In this document: positions 13,101-28,100 of the stretch, one piece after another
How positions within the stretch are numbered: the first letter of the stretch is position 1
Layout: every line of letters starts with the position of its first letter
Source: Macrostomum lignano
Taxonomy: Eukaryota
Length of the DNA stretch: 64,000 nt
NCBI GenBank assembly: GCA_002269645.1
Contig: NIVC01001449.1
Coordinates: 62,001 to 126,000 of the forward strand
Direction of reading: 5' to 3'
Notes under the pieces: generated by a model
The model's input: the letters and a program-made list of their open reading frames with translations, nothing else
What the model was told of the DNA's origin: nothing
Database searches by the model: none
Translations under genes and position numbers: made by a program

Positions 13101-16100
13101 GCGAGCCCAACGATATTTGATCCACACGCATGACGGCAGACCTGACAAGCTCATTGGTCTGTTCAAGAGAATCTGTTGAGTTTACCTTGAACTTTGCCAA
13201 GTGATTGATGAACGTGGTGCGTTGCTACAATATAAAATCAAAGCTCTCTTACACATAGCTGTTAGTTTCAGAACCCATAGGAACCAAATGCGACATACCT
13301 GCTCCATTTGACGGCGATATGCTTCTCTCATCTCGTCAGTAGCATTGGCACCTTCTGCTTCGTCATTAGGGGCATTCATTAGCGACCCCACACAGATCAT
13401 AGTAGTGGCAGCGCTCTGCTGATCGCCGCTTTCAAAATACTGCTTCAACTCTTGATTTTCTCCGGACAATATGCTTGAGATATTGGCTAGCAGGACGTCA
13501 GCTGGGACAGGGGGAGGTCGTACCTAAAGTTGCATGCAAATAAATACAAGGTTAAGTATATCAAATATAACAAAAAAGCGCAGCCATTTAGTAAGTGGTA
13601 AACTACAATATTTAGCTTTTTATGATGAGGCGAGATAACAGGCGAATACCATAACATATTTTATTTTTTAAGCATTACAGACTACATATTGTTAACTTCT
13701 CCAGCCAAAGTATACATATCAACTCAGTTCTTTTAAAAACATAGGTAGCTGCAGTGTAATGAATTACGTCTGTCTTGATGAATTCCTGCTAAGCTATATA
13801 TTTCTACTTGCCAATAAAGTCGTACTCGAACATAATGACTGGATAAAATTACTTTGGTTTCCCACATATCGTTTTAGATAAATTAATATTGGCTGTGAAC
13901 AACAACGAAATTAATTTTAGGCAATCTTGATATGGCTAGCTCCATCACTATAAAAATTGTCTAAAAATGTCAAATTGCAAAAAGAACAAATATCTCACAA
14001 AAACGTCAAAGTAGAAGTCCTTGCGGTAATCCAGAGGATCGTAGATCGAAGCAATCAGCGTGGCAGCATACTCATCGGTAAACGAGCCCACAGGGAAGAA
14101 AACACCAGGAGGCGTTTCAACTTCGCCATTGAAAAATAGAATGGACCTGCGACTGCCTTTTGGCTGAAATCTGTACTCGTAGTTAAGACTACCGGTGGTG
14201 ACGTCAAACTCTCGCCATCCGTAGCAGCTTATTTTAAACTTTGTTACCATAGCAATGCCTCGCAGTGGAAATACGGTGCAGTTACCGCCAAGTGGAGGAC
14301 TGTTTACGGTAATGTTGGAGTACAAAATAACCGGTCCCTCCTGGTTCTCATTCCAAACTTTCACAGACACCTCATAGTAAGTTCCATCGGGCAATGTAGA
14401 CTCCAAACGAATCAGATGATCGCGGGTGTAGTTACCTAAGTATTAAATATTGCACATAGCTTATTTAACTATGTAACTGAAAAGCATGCACATAGAGCTG
14501 AATGTTTTATGCTTATCACAGATGCATTAAACAACATTGAAACACACCGTCCTGCACGACCCCAGAAAGATCGTCATCGGATGCAGATCCGTAGCGTTTC
14601 ATTCGCCAAAAGTACTGTAGCGGCTGGAACTTTTGTCCGCATTGGTTGTTGCTACACTCTGCTAGAAGGTGAAGCTCTTTCTGAGAGGATATCTTCAGGT
14701 TGCAGTTTCTAAGACATCTAGAAATTATTCATTAATGGGCGCTTATTTAACAAATAACTACTACTGAACCTATTCAAAGTACATAAAAACGAAATAAAAC
14801 TTACACCAAACGTATTTGAGGTCGCTTTTGAATCTTTACTGTGACAACTTTTTCAACAAATTTCCACCTCGTGTCCTTATAGATTATAAGCCTAAACAGA
14901 TAAGTACTATTAGCCAAGAAATTGTAGCTAGTTCCATTGTAAACACCAGCTACTGAGCTATCGCCTTGCAAAATCACTCCGGGACCGTTACCATAGCAAC
15001 CTTTAAAATTTTTCACACCCTGGACCTCGGGCAACTCGATAAAATTCGTCATATTAAATGGCAGCGAAGAATTTTCTGTAAGCTGCATGCACATCCAAAC
15101 AAATTTCATGTCAGTATAGTTTCCGTCCTCAACATCGTAGTCACGGATGGATGGGACAAGGCTGAAAGTCTCATTGTACTCCAGAGTGTCCGGACCAATT
15201 ATTTCATTGAACTCAAGTGGCGTTTTGATTATGTCCAGAAAAAAGTTCAGCTCAGTAGACACAGGTGGAATCACATTCAGCATAGATAGATTCATTACAA
15301 CCTTGTACAATCCGTACCACAGAGTTCTGGGCTCGAGCGAGAGCGTGAATGAATCAGGGAGAGTGGTTAAGGCGTCGCTTCCACTAGGATAATTAAAAAT
15401 TTGCCAGCGTCGATAGGTCTTGCGCGTCTTTGTACAGTTGAGCTCTGTCTCGGCCTCAACGGTGATTCCGACTGACCGTCTGAATATTAAACGATTATCC
15501 GGGTCGCGAGGAATCAGGTAGCTGTCGTTAAAAGTAAAGTTTAGTGACGGCTCATAGCATAGCCAGTCCCACACAATGGCAATGTTTTCTACAGTTTCGT
15601 TGCTGACATGGTTGAATGCAAATACACAGGCAGAGTAGCTTCCAAACCATGGATACAGGTGGAAGATCTGGAGATGTGAGTCTGTGTAGGTGATTTCTGT
15701 AAAGTTTATTCCGTGCTCGGTGGCATACGGCTGACACAGGGAAGGCAATCCATAAGACACGTTCGGAGAGCCGTCTCCAAAACTGATTACAAAACAGCCG
15801 TTTGTTCCGAATCGAGTAATATTTAGCATAAATGTCGTTGCGTTGTAGTTTAGCACAGGCCCGTCGTTGTAGAATGCGCCAACGATGACTGCGTCCAGAA
15901 CTATATCTACTGGAGTGTCTATTATCTGGCCTTGGAGCATGTTTGAGCAGTTTACTGTGAAATTGCGAAGGCCCACAGCACTGCGCTCGAATGCATGCTC
16001 ACTGAATACGTCGGAGCTAGGACCAAGAACATCCAGATAATGATAAATCCCACCGAAGCCTTTGAAGTCAATGAAGCAGTGAACATTCGTGACTGGATAG

Positions 16101-19100
16101 CAGGGATGATTAATCCAAAATTGAACAATCGCAGGAGTATAGAGAACGGATGAGTTATACCGGATTCGAGGACAGGTCACTGGGTCAAGGATAACGATAA
16201 GCCCAATGCTCGTATTCAGAGTGGAAACTTGGTTCCATGCTACTACAGAAATTGTATAGTTTCCCACATCCTTGTATGTGTGATTGACGGCTAATCTTTG
16301 ATCAACTGCGAACGTCATCGGATGCGTGTGATTTTCTATAGTGGTATTGTCTCCGAAGTCAAAGGAGAACTCCAAATGAGACCCGTTAAGAAGGCTTGCA
16401 AAAATTTCTAGTGCTAGTCCGCGCTGCCAGACAAAATCGGTGTTCAAATTGAGTTCGTAGGCGGCTTCGATGCAAGACACATTCGACAATGCAAATCCTT
16501 TTGATACCAAGTTCTCGCAGGCAATCATGACCGGTACCGGATTCCCAACAGCTGTTCTTGGGCAGAAGAACTGATGCGTCTGGATTGTAGTATTCAACCA
16601 ACTTAACTGTACCTGCTGAGTATCAAAGAAGGTGACGTTGCAGCTAATATTTGTTGGAAACGGGGTTTGGTTATGTGAAACGCTGGCTTCGAACTGGCCA
16701 TTCGGAACTTTTACAATGCTGGGGGCCGAAATGGACAAAGTATGTATCACATGCTGTACTGTAATGTCCCTGATGCACATCGACTCGCGTGTATGATAGT
16801 TGTATGCTGTTACACATACATCAAAGATACCATGCTGAGGATAGTTCCAAACATATATGTCACTACTTAGCGCAGATAGTTTCGAATTGTCCGACACAGT
16901 GACATTTTGCCCGTCACCCATTGTGATTTGATAATTTACGCCTGTTCCCGTCTGAAGACTAATGTTCATGCTAGCTTGATCGATGGTCCTGTACAGAGTA
17001 CTGTTCAGAGTGAAATTTAGTCCCGTCACATGTTCCTCTTTCTGAACATAAAATGTTCGGCTGTACGAGGAAATTTTGTTTTTGCACGTCAAGTTACTCC
17101 ATACAAACGGTTCCTCAACTATGTAGGTTCGTTGAATTATGGGGGTTTCGTTTCTACCGAAAATTAGCTGAAATGTTGTGCTGCTCCCAGCCTCCGTTTC
17201 CAATGTGCAGTTCATTATTAGTTGGGAGAAATCGGAACCGTTGGTCATGCGGAAAATGTAGCTCACGTTAATGGGGACAACGTATGGCTTGTAGTCGTAT
17301 GTAACGTCGAGAAAATCGACCAGTTCAGGAATGACTTCCAAGCTATTGTTTATCAAAACGCCTCCCAGCTCATTCCAAAACAGACACGAAACTGTAAAAA
17401 ATCCAGCATCACTATCATACTGGTAGCTGTTCTCAAATGCATTTGCCAAAAAGCTATTTGTGTGTCCCTGTTGCAGCCAAATCCACTGGTAAATCTGACC
17501 ATTTCCATAGCTAATGTTCACTTCCATCGCTGTTGCCACGTCCCAGGCGGCGCTGACCGTGACGGAGTCGCCCACTAGGATGCTACTGTTTGACAGCAAG
17601 CAAGTAGCATTGGTGACTGGCAGGCCGGGGCAGTTCAGCGTGGCATTAGCGGGCTTGCACATCCGGTTGTTGCTCGGAACGGATTCAATGTACGACGCGT
17701 TGATTGTTTGATTGAAATCAATGCAGAGCAGTTCAAGGCTCTCACAGCCAATTCTGGGCACCCTTAGCATGGAAAGGCAGCTGAAACTAATGGACGTGTT
17801 CGGGTTCAGACGTCTCTGCAAATCGCTCTGGTTGCAACCCTGCCAGAGCGATCCGGTCTGAATTATCAGATCAGACGACGCAAGGAATAAAACTGGGTCG
17901 TAGTTTCTACGGGCACCAGAAACCTCAGCAATGTTCAATCCAGTCACGTGATTCAACACTGCGCTCCACTCGACAATAGCGTTGTACTGGGATATCCAAG
18001 ACTCGTTGAGAACTGCAAACAAAGTAGATTTCACTTCCGTGTCAACGAATAGAGTGCAGTTAACTTGAACTGGCTGACAGAAGAAGTTATTGTTGGGCGT
18101 GACGTCTGCGAAACTTGAATTCTCTCCATGTCTCACGAGGAGACAAAAATAGCTGGACATTTCGCATTCTGAAAAGCTGAGATCAAACTGGCCGGCTAGA
18201 TTAAAGCTGAGTGACTGGCCGATAGGAAGGCCTCGTTGAACCTCTGTCAGATTGCTGTCAAGGCTGATGTTTTGCACCAGATTGGACCAGAGGCAAGCTG
18301 CATCGCCAGTGCAATTTACTGAAGCTAGGTGGACACTAAACACAAAATTTTCATCCGCATCTTGTACCGCTTCTATGTTGTAGCTTCCTGAAACTGCCTT
18401 AATATCCGAAACAAGCTGAAACGAATTGCTCATGGAACGGGTGAACACAGATGGTGATCTGGCAGTCAGAGCGAAATTTATCAGCTCTATCTCAGTAGCT
18501 GGCTGACAAGTGCGGATACTTTCTATTGACGTGCAAATCACGTTGTTCGTGTGGTTCAGATCGCGATAGGTTGAGTCGACTGTGTCAAAGACGCCGACGC
18601 ACATGTAGCCGACAGCTGTGCACCTGCTTCCAGTGCGCAGCTGCGCAGTGCTGAGCACTCTGTAGGTCCGATTCTCTCCAACTATGCCATCACCTCGTTG
18701 ATCACCAGTAAGAACTGTCACGGGAGTTGCTCTCAAATGCTCCGGGATGAATTCTGGAATTGAACTTGTGTCTACTTCCCAAAGAAAAGCGCTAAAATTA
18801 AAGTTGATATCCGGCGGCGCAATAGCGGTGAAATTTGAAGCTTCTCCTGTCACTAAAAACGTCAATAACTGCGTCAGGTTTGATGGAACACTTCTGACAA
18901 ACCCGTCGCTGCCGTTTTCGCTTGCTTCAATCGTTGTACTGAGAGCGACAAGATCGTTGACTGAAAGGAGTAGAGTAAAATTTGGTTTAAATCAAAACTT
19001 GAGAAATTTACTATTTGCTGTATTTACTTTCCCAACAAAACATTTAAAACACAAAAAATAGGAAAAAAACTTAGCCTCACCTGGCTTGCATTTGGCCTGA

Positions 19101-22100
19101 TGATAGACGTGACCAGGTGCGCACAGGCAGAGCTTCTCATCGTAGACGCCATCAAGAGCCATGCACACAGTCTTTGGGAGTAGGACGCAGCTTAGGTCGG
19201 ATTCACATGTCTCGTTTAAATTTCGGGCTAAAGGAAAAAATTAATACGTCCGTCAAAAATTAGGAAACCACTCTACTCTTATCTAGCGAATAGTCTATGA
19301 CGTAAGAATATATATTATAAATTTCTGTTTTTTACTGTTTAGAAAGGATTCCTTCAATCTATGTTAAATCAATGAAATTAGGTAACTTACACGAGAATGT
19401 CATGTTCTGGCTCGCAATTTTCATAACAACTCGACCACCGGAGATGCTGGTGCCCCAGGAGATGGATCCTGGAGCCATGGAACCGCCACTGCCAGTCAGT
19501 TTGCTATCGTAGCAATTCTCGGACACTTTGTACCACCATCCGCTGCCACCAGCATTGGCACAACCAATCCTGGATCCCTGGTCTTTAGTAGAGAACTCGG
19601 CAGCCTCATGATTTTCCAAACGCCAGGAGTCCAGGAATCCGGTAAAACAGTCTTGAAAGTGAACCCGGAAACTAAAGTAAGACGAGTCGACCCAGAAGGT
19701 TCCGCACTCGATGTAGCGGAACCGCCCGTCCGCGTCCCACATGTCGACGCGCAAACGGTATTTGACGACACTTGAAAGCATTTGAAGCGCCTCAGTGCCC
19801 ACCCAGAAGCTGCTGGAGTTGAGCAAGCTGGTGTTGTCAAAAAAGCCTCTGGAATACTCGGCGAATGTTGCATTCATAGACCAGCTGGCGTTGAAGTTTC
19901 TGTAAAACACGAACCAAGAGTCTTGACAAGGAACTGGCAGAGTTCCCACCAGCGGATTTTTAATGAACAGGGCAGTTTTGTTTTCGCAGGTCATATCTGA
20001 AATGCGAATATGAAATGACTTAGCTGTAATGTGTATCAGGCACTCATTTGACTGTCCAAGGACTCTCATCAACAATTACGAAGAAATGGATGTGAACCAT
20101 TGAAGGGGTTAAGCTACGAACCGTTCTGCAAACAACCAAATACGTCGAATTTGAACGGCCGGTTGGACGTAGCCTGAGTTATGCGAATTTTGAAGGTGTG
20201 AAAGCCGCGCAAAACTATTATCCTTGGACAGGCAACGTAGCCTTGTTGGATATCCATATAGCCCTGTAAAAGATTACAAGGAACAGTTTCGCTTAGTTAT
20301 TAATTTTTCAATAACTTGAATTTGAAATACCGGTAATTTTGTAAAGTTATCTGCACTTCTGCATTTTTATTTACCGCTGAGCCGTTGGAACTGTACGATG
20401 CTGGGACAAATGGCAAATTCTTGTCAGCAATGTCGACGTACTCCAGCAAGAGGTTTCCTATGTCAAAGCTAACCGACGTGCCAGCGTAGTCACCACCCTG
20501 TCCCGTAATAGCGATGGCGCTGATCAGGTAGGTCTGGCTTAAAATTACCTGGAAGTAAAGTGGGTAGCTAATGCGTGCAGTTTAAGATTTTAGTTTAGAA
20601 AGTCTTTCAAGTGAACCTTGCGGAGACCACTATTAGTAAAAGGACGGATGATACTGACTTTTATTAAAGGCTTCAAACTACAATTTCAAGATAAGAATTC
20701 TCCGTTTTCGTGCTAAAGCAACACTTTGATCAGATTTTGACTTTCCGAATGGGCTAAAGTGGAAAAGTCCGATTTTCGAATCACTGAATATCGATGTGCT
20801 ACATGTACGTCCTGCAACTACAAGTGATTTTCACAGGAGAGCTGTGGGCACCCTGGCGCAACGCCTTCGGCGACATTGACCCACAACCAGCGCTGAGACA
20901 ATTATTGCCATCCATTTCGCTCACTCATGAGCCTTATATGCACATGTATACTGTGTGGCGGCACGCACTCATACGCACACTCACACAGAGTACATAGGTA
21001 TGTACACTCTCTGTATCTTGGGGGTTGGCCTTCATGGGTGTGAATCGCGCGAGAACCACCGGCCACGCACGGAATCAAAGCAGGAGGTCGTGGCTCGGGT
21101 CAGACGTGCTTACTGATGAGCTGCTCGGTCCCCTAGTGGTCCTTTTTTCTATACTGTTAGCTTCATTGAACACAATAAATAGTAGCTTACAGTTACAGAG
21201 GAGCCGCGATAGTATCCGGCAGTGTCAGAGACGGGCTGCACGCCAATCGGCACGTCTTGAACGGATCCGGCAGCAGTCGCCGGGCTAGTGAAGTTGTATT
21301 CACTAGGATTGGCTGGGTCTATCAGGTTGGTCCAGCAGGCCTCTGTTAAATTTACGCGTTTTGTTGCTTTTTTCATGAGTATTGGTAGTTTTCTGTATCA
21401 CAATAACTAATATTTTCATTATTATTAATTAATAGAACCCACTAAGACAATAGAGCCATTAGTATATATTCTAGCTAATGCTGCGGTTTGCGTTAGGCTT
21501 GCCTTGAGCAAACCGGATTTAGTGCCCAAGCGCGCTCGTTCTCCGTGCTCCCCCCTCCGCCGCGTGTGTACGCTGTCTCTTGTTAGTTGGGTGGGCGCCC
21601 ACCCCTCCGCCGCGTGTGTACGCTGTCTCTTGTTAGTTGGGTGGGCGCCCACCCCTCCGCCGCGTGTGTACGCTGTCTCTTGTTAGTTGGGTGGGCGCCC
21701 ACCCCTCCGCCGCGTGTGTACGCTGTCTCTTGTTAGTTGGGTGGGCGCCCACCCCTCCGCCGCGTGTGTACGCTGTCTCTTGTTAGTTGGGTGGGCGCCC
21801 ACCCCTCCGCCGGCTGGGGTATTTTTATTCCAGCCGCGCTGCTGAGCAAGCAGCGTTTTCACGCAGTTTTTTTCTTCCTTTTTTCTTCTTTTATCCTTTT
21901 AGAAAGAAGCCTTACAGTAAGAAATATAACGCAATACTATCGAGGTCTCGCTGCTGCTTTCGCTTTCACCAACGTCACGTCTTTGTGTTTGCTTTGGGGG
22001 CACTAAAGGATCCTTCGGCGAGTGGATTTTCTATGTTTAAGAAGATGTCAACTTAAGCGCGGGAATAAAGCCCAAAGCTAAGCTCCGGATCTACGCGACT

Positions 22101-25100
22101 GCAATTGGTAAATTTTCTGGCCAGTCGACTATCTACTGGGAGTCCAAGGAAGAGACCTAAATGGGAAGGATATCTCGGCGCATCTTGTCTAAGGTCCTAA
22201 GTTTGTCCAGTTGTTGATTACATTAAGTTTGGTCCGGAGCTGAACTTCAGACTCAATTCGGGCGCTTAAGCTGACATCACATTTAAACTTTCAGTGTTTA
22301 TTCTGAGGTTAGTGTTTCACTGTTTCATCGGGTTTCACTTCGATACAAGACTTTACCTAGCAAAATTATTGTTACAAACAGTAAACGGAAAAACTTACCT
22401 CTACAGAGCTGTTCAATAACTATGCTAGCAGTTTTGCTTGCGATGCCAAAATTAGTGGTTAGCGATGTCATCCGGGAAATTGTGACAGCCTGATCGGCAG
22501 CTTCAATTGTGCCGCATTGGTCCGAATCGATCTGACACTTGGCAATGGTCCCGGTGACTGAGCGCCACACTGGCAGAGGCACATGACTCATGCCCGTCGC
22601 ATTCAGCACCTTCGTTTTCGCGTTGAAGAATACATTGTATAGGGGACTGGTGCACTTCCTGCTCGACTGCTTTGCTGTAGATGGAAGAGTGAGGCTTGAT
22701 TACAGAAATTCGACATGAGGACAGGTTAAAAGCATGAAAATTCATTCGTTTCCTTTAAGCAACTGTTGACAAAGGTAGCGCAACGATTGCCTGCACACAT
22801 TTTGCTAACAGATTTGAAGTTTTCATTGCTTTCAATAATATCAAATTATTTTTACTGTGACTGAAATCTAACACAAAGGGGTTCGCTTCACACTACCCAT
22901 AGTCAGATGTTCATTCTTATTGGTTGCTTTGGATTTCCGTGCTGCAGTGCAAGTGTATTGCTGTGTGGTCATTGCCACTGAAGCCAGGTGTCGCTGCTGA
23001 TAACTGGCTTACAGGCACCACTTATGCCACTTGTCGTGGAACCACTTAAAATGCAGAAAGCATGTGATCAATTTTTTATACTTCACCGCTATAGTGATCG
23101 CTCACTAAACTCACTAATCTCGGAACTATCTAACTCGTATATACAGAGGTTTATTATCCCCAATCGACACGTCCGCACGCAAAAAGCGGCCAATGGACAC
23201 AAAAAATCAAATCTCTTTCTTTGATCCTAATTTGCTGGAACACCCTTCATTAGGAGAAGCCAAAAGCAAGAAACTGTTTTTATGCCAAGTAAAAATACAG
23301 GCGCAAAAGATACGGAAAATTCTTTTTTTAAATGCGTTGGACGGTAGTTGTCCAAAAAACCACGCTTTTTTGTACGAGCTACTCGTAGCCACGGGGTGTA
23401 CTAATCAGACCTACAAATTTTGCGGACTATTTCAGTGCTGATATCACGTTTGCTTCACGCTTGCAACTTACAGTTAGCATCTTTTCATGCCAAGTACCAT
23501 GCCCCTCAGTTTGTTCTGCATCTTACCGGCAGCAACTTCGCACAGAAAAGTTGAATTCAGGCAGTTCCCGACGCGCCAATTCTCTCCAGCTAGGGTGGAA
23601 TAAACGCACGACGCGTTGATGCCAAAGCCGGACGGCTCTCCGTAGCGCCAGTGGGTCCAGTTAAGCGGCTCTGCGGACAATTCGTGCTCCCAATTGTTGG
23701 TGGTCGAGTTCCTCACTATTCCGAGATATACTCGATAGTCTTTCAGGGGCCATGCGCTTGCTGAAGAACCTCTAGCTCTGAAATTCATGGATTCTTCTGT
23801 AAATATACTGAGCACAATGCTCGAAGCCTACCTAGAAATCCCGAATTGAAGGCAAACTTTGGCGTAACTTTGGCAATGGTGGATTTAGACAGGATGATAC
23901 GAGAAGTTTTTTACTACTCGTATCTCTATCTAAGCTCAATTTTTTGTCGCGTCATGCAAAAGTATTGGAGATGGAGTCTGATAAAAATAAATTACGAGTA
24001 AGAACTAACGGGAATACCACAAAAAGAAGTCAGGTATTCAATCTAATGTGTGCATTCGTTTCTACGGTACTCGTAATATTGAAAAATGGTAGTCAAGTAA
24101 CTATAGTTTCCCTTACTGCAACAGCTCTGCGTAGCCAACTCGCAGCACGGTATAGTCATAGAGGCTGGTGGGTACGAACAGGTGTCCCCTGCTTGCCCAG
24201 CTGATGTTGGCGCAATATTCTTGACCCAATGCCCTCGGCACGCGCGGGTCGAACTCAGAGTAGTGATGAAAGCAGCGACCATTGTAGTAGTAGAAATTGA
24301 CCGGACACTCTGCCATGCGATTGATAAGCAAAGAAATGAAAATGCTATGTCACGATAATGCAAAGGTGCGATAACCGATTTTATAATGACTACACAAACA
24401 ACAATGCTCTCTCACGGAAGCAAGCATACCTTCAGCCGCGCAGCCATAGAATTTGAATCTCACAGCTGAGCAATATGTTCCAGCCAGCCACTGAACTCTG
24501 ATTCTGGCAGCTGTGACAGTTCTGTTCAGCCATAAGTCAGCAAAGCCGGATCCAGATGATACGGTGGTATCCTGAAATGCACAAACACGATAGTAAGGCA
24601 TTAAGCCTTATCTATACATGTACAGTATATGTACGCAATTAGGAGTGTAATAAAAAGTATAAAATTTAGCCAACGTACGCATTTAGCAATGAGACTGTAA
24701 TTGTAGTTAAAAAACTCCAATCTAAGCTTTTGACTCTGCGAGCAGTTAGTGAAGGTTAAGCTGACATTCGTGAGGTGAAAGACAGTGTCCAAAGTGTAGA
24801 CGGCCTCGGACTTTGTCGATGGCAAAGTGGCGTCACCAGTCAAAGCAGTACCGTCCTCTTCGATTTTAAAAAATTCAACAGTAGGACATTCTGAAAATTA
24901 AATACCAGTAACGTTGAAGTTTTCGCAGCAAAGGTTTACGCTTTGAATACGTAAGTTTATCGAACTCTTCATATTAGCTTATTTACTCATCTAACCCTTC
25001 AATTTATGCTCGATTTTAGAAAATTATTGGCATTTTTTGCAAAGAGGGAAACGTCACAAAATGACGCTAGATTACATGCGTACCAACTGGCAAGCCGAGA

Positions 25101-28100
25101 ATGGCCAGTCTCGTGATGGGCATGGCATTGTACGACACGGTTCTAAACGCCACGTACTTCGCGACAACAACATTTTGAAAATCCTGTCTGATCCAGTGCT
25201 TGCTTTCGTGATTGCCATAGAAGGTGGCATTTCCAGATTGAGAACAATTAATCGCTACCCGTGCAGAGTCTAGTGTTTCGGCATAGAACATCAAGTACTC
25301 AGTGACATAGTTGGAGCCCGAACCAGCTGTGACCACACCAACCACACGATGTGGCAGTTCAAAAGTCACAATAATGTCGAAATCGACGGGAGCGATATAG
25401 CCAAAACTGAAGCTGACTCCATTGTAAGAGGCTGAGCTGCTCCAATCGAGATTTATTGACGGCGGAATGTAGCTTGTAGAGAAGGAGCTCGAGCCATTTT
25501 TATTAGAGGTCACTTGGTACGCATGATATTTGATTGCCGGCCATTGGACTGGATTCTGGTTGTCCGCTAAGCAACCGAACACTCCAACTTTTCCACCTAT
25601 GTAATATACGACATTTAGCGCGTACAGTCGAATGTAATACACGTCCACCGACGGAATAAGTCTTTCGGTTGCAACTTCGCAATAGTTCGGAGTGCGATAC
25701 GGCCCGAAGAGTGTCTGTGAGGGTGGGTGAAATTTAAGTGGCTTGTAAATGCACTAGCATTTACTAACAGTAGAACCTAAAACATTCATATTTAGTAAAT
25801 AAATATTACGATCGAAAGTAATGAATGGAATGGAATGGAATGGAATGGAAAGTAAGTTTTGTCTGAAATTTGGCTGTCAAATGCGAATGATTGTTACGTA
25901 TTTACAACACGAAGAATTGCTAGCGCTAAAAGAAAGTTAATTTGATTTGCTTCAATTTCAGTTTTCTGCTGTTTATTCAAACTTGTGTTCTTTTCGAGTA
26001 CCCATAGTGTTAGTGCATGCGCGCTACTATAAGTGTTTCAGTTATAAATTTATTTACGTTCAATGCAACAAGGAAATGACTTGAAAAACGACTGCAAACC
26101 TCAAGCCTGGAGACAATTACACTTACTCTGTAGGGAAATACCTCCGTGCCGTAACGACGCCAATGCAGTCCTTCGTCTGAATATTCCATGATGTAGCTAA
26201 CGATCATTGGGTTGTAATAATTCGTAAAAAGAGTGCACAGGCCGCTTCCAATTGTGATGCTCTCTACTCGAACGTACTTGCTGAAAGATATCTGAAGCCA
26301 TTCGTCTAGAATATTTGTGCTCGCGGCTCGCCACAGGCCCTGGACAGGTCGAGGATCGGCTGAAATTTGTTCGGTGAAATAACAGGAGCCATGAAGTCAG
26401 CACGTAACGCGTCAGAATTGCTAAATTAAAAGAATAAGCTTGAGTACAGTTGTAAATAAATATGTGCAAAATAAATTTTGTCACTCTTGGCCGTGACCCC
26501 TTATATACGAGCGTATAAACGCTAACTATGCCAAAACTCACATATATCACACCGATGAACATTGCAGGTTTTCAACGAGCCGTAGGGGTCCAGGCAGTTT
26601 TGTTGTAGGTATTGCGTGGTAAAAAATCGACAGTAATTTTTGGCATCGTAAATGCTGCCTTCAATAAATTCCTCATGCAAAAAGGTTTTCGTTGTACTTC
26701 CGACCGACCATGGAGAGCAGACGGTGCTATTTTGAGCTCTGGTCCAGTACTTGCCAGAGTACGAGTAGATTTCATTGCCGTCGGCGTAGCAGTACTGTCC
26801 GCCAGGCAGCTCACTCTGCGTTTCGGAGTCGCAACATGACCAGATAAGAACGTCCTCCTTTTTGCTGTAATCTGAAAAAGATGCAGTGCCGAGATATTCA
26901 TCTTTAATGCAGTACATGTAGGAGGAGGTAAGCGCGATTGCGTAGCAGTTTGGTGTCGACTGAAACCGATCCAAAACATTGAGTGTGTTGCCCCGGGTGG
27001 TATAGTATGTATAGTAGACCGACGCGTCCACACTAAGGGCCCGGTAGTTGAGCAGGCGTTCAAAGTAGCCCGTGCAGCGGGATGGAGCTGAGCGACAGTC
27101 TGAACGCAAAAAAAGATTTCGTGCCTGATGTTAGGTAATTATGTGGCCCAAATACTTAAATATTTAAACACATCCTTGCTTTTTTCATAGAATTACCTAC
27201 TACTGGTGTGCCAGTTCTACCAGTGTCATCATGCTTTGTACGTGCCCAAAAATTAAAACGATATGGAAAAATCTCTAAAAAACGACGTTCTTCAATCTAC
27301 TTCTACATGTAGTGGCTATTGATTTTGCACAAGGTCCACTGATGGTGAAGAGTTTGTAAGAGAAAGTTTTAAAATACGGTGCGCCTTTCGAACTACCGGT
27401 AGTCGTTGTTTAGTATTTGACGCTAAAAAATCAAACCGTTTCATATCCTCTTTTATGAATATTTGCCTAATTTACATTTTACGAGTATATCGTTAAACAC
27501 TTTTATTAATTGAGCACACTACGAGTAATTCTCCATATTATTTATATAAGTGAACGTTGTTTAGCTAACAGAAAAATGGTCCTGAGTCGTAAAACCGGCC
27601 TGTCACTCACATCTTGTGTAGGGCGTGCATTCCCTGTATGCCCAGTGGTTGTGAGACAGTTGCAACAAAGGCGTCGTGAACACTTGTAGGCAGAATATCG
27701 AAACACTGGGGCCGCCGTTGCCAAAAATGAGCGTTTCGCTGAAGTGAAAATTTAAAAACGGTTAAATGCTGTTGGCTTGGGATTGAGATTTTAAATTCTT
27801 AAAATCCCAATCGAATTTTAATTTGTACCGGTCAATTTTATGGGAACGGGCCGCCGCTCAGAATATTATGTTGCAAAAAATCTTGCATAAAAATACTATA
27901 CTATTTTTAACAGAATGCACATGGATATTGATTTTATTTTTCATGTATTTTATATACAAATCAAATAATATTGTATTTTATGTACATCAGTACTTGAAAT
28001 TGCATATAATTAAACAAGAGAAAAATACAGCTCTCAAGGAAAACTTAAGAGAAATCTACTGAAAAGAATCGTTAAAAAAAGTAACCGAAATATCAAAAAC

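Noticed and set aside
21470-21520. Helitron 3' end (hairpin plus CTAG) next to the 50-bp array
   Set aside because: The hairpin has a long loop, the base after CTAG is not T, and no matching 5' TC end was found.
21553-21811. Tandem arrays (also 36547, 50625, 60610) as CRISPR arrays
   Set aside because: Head-to-tail units without unique spacers, eukaryotic intron context, no cas genes.
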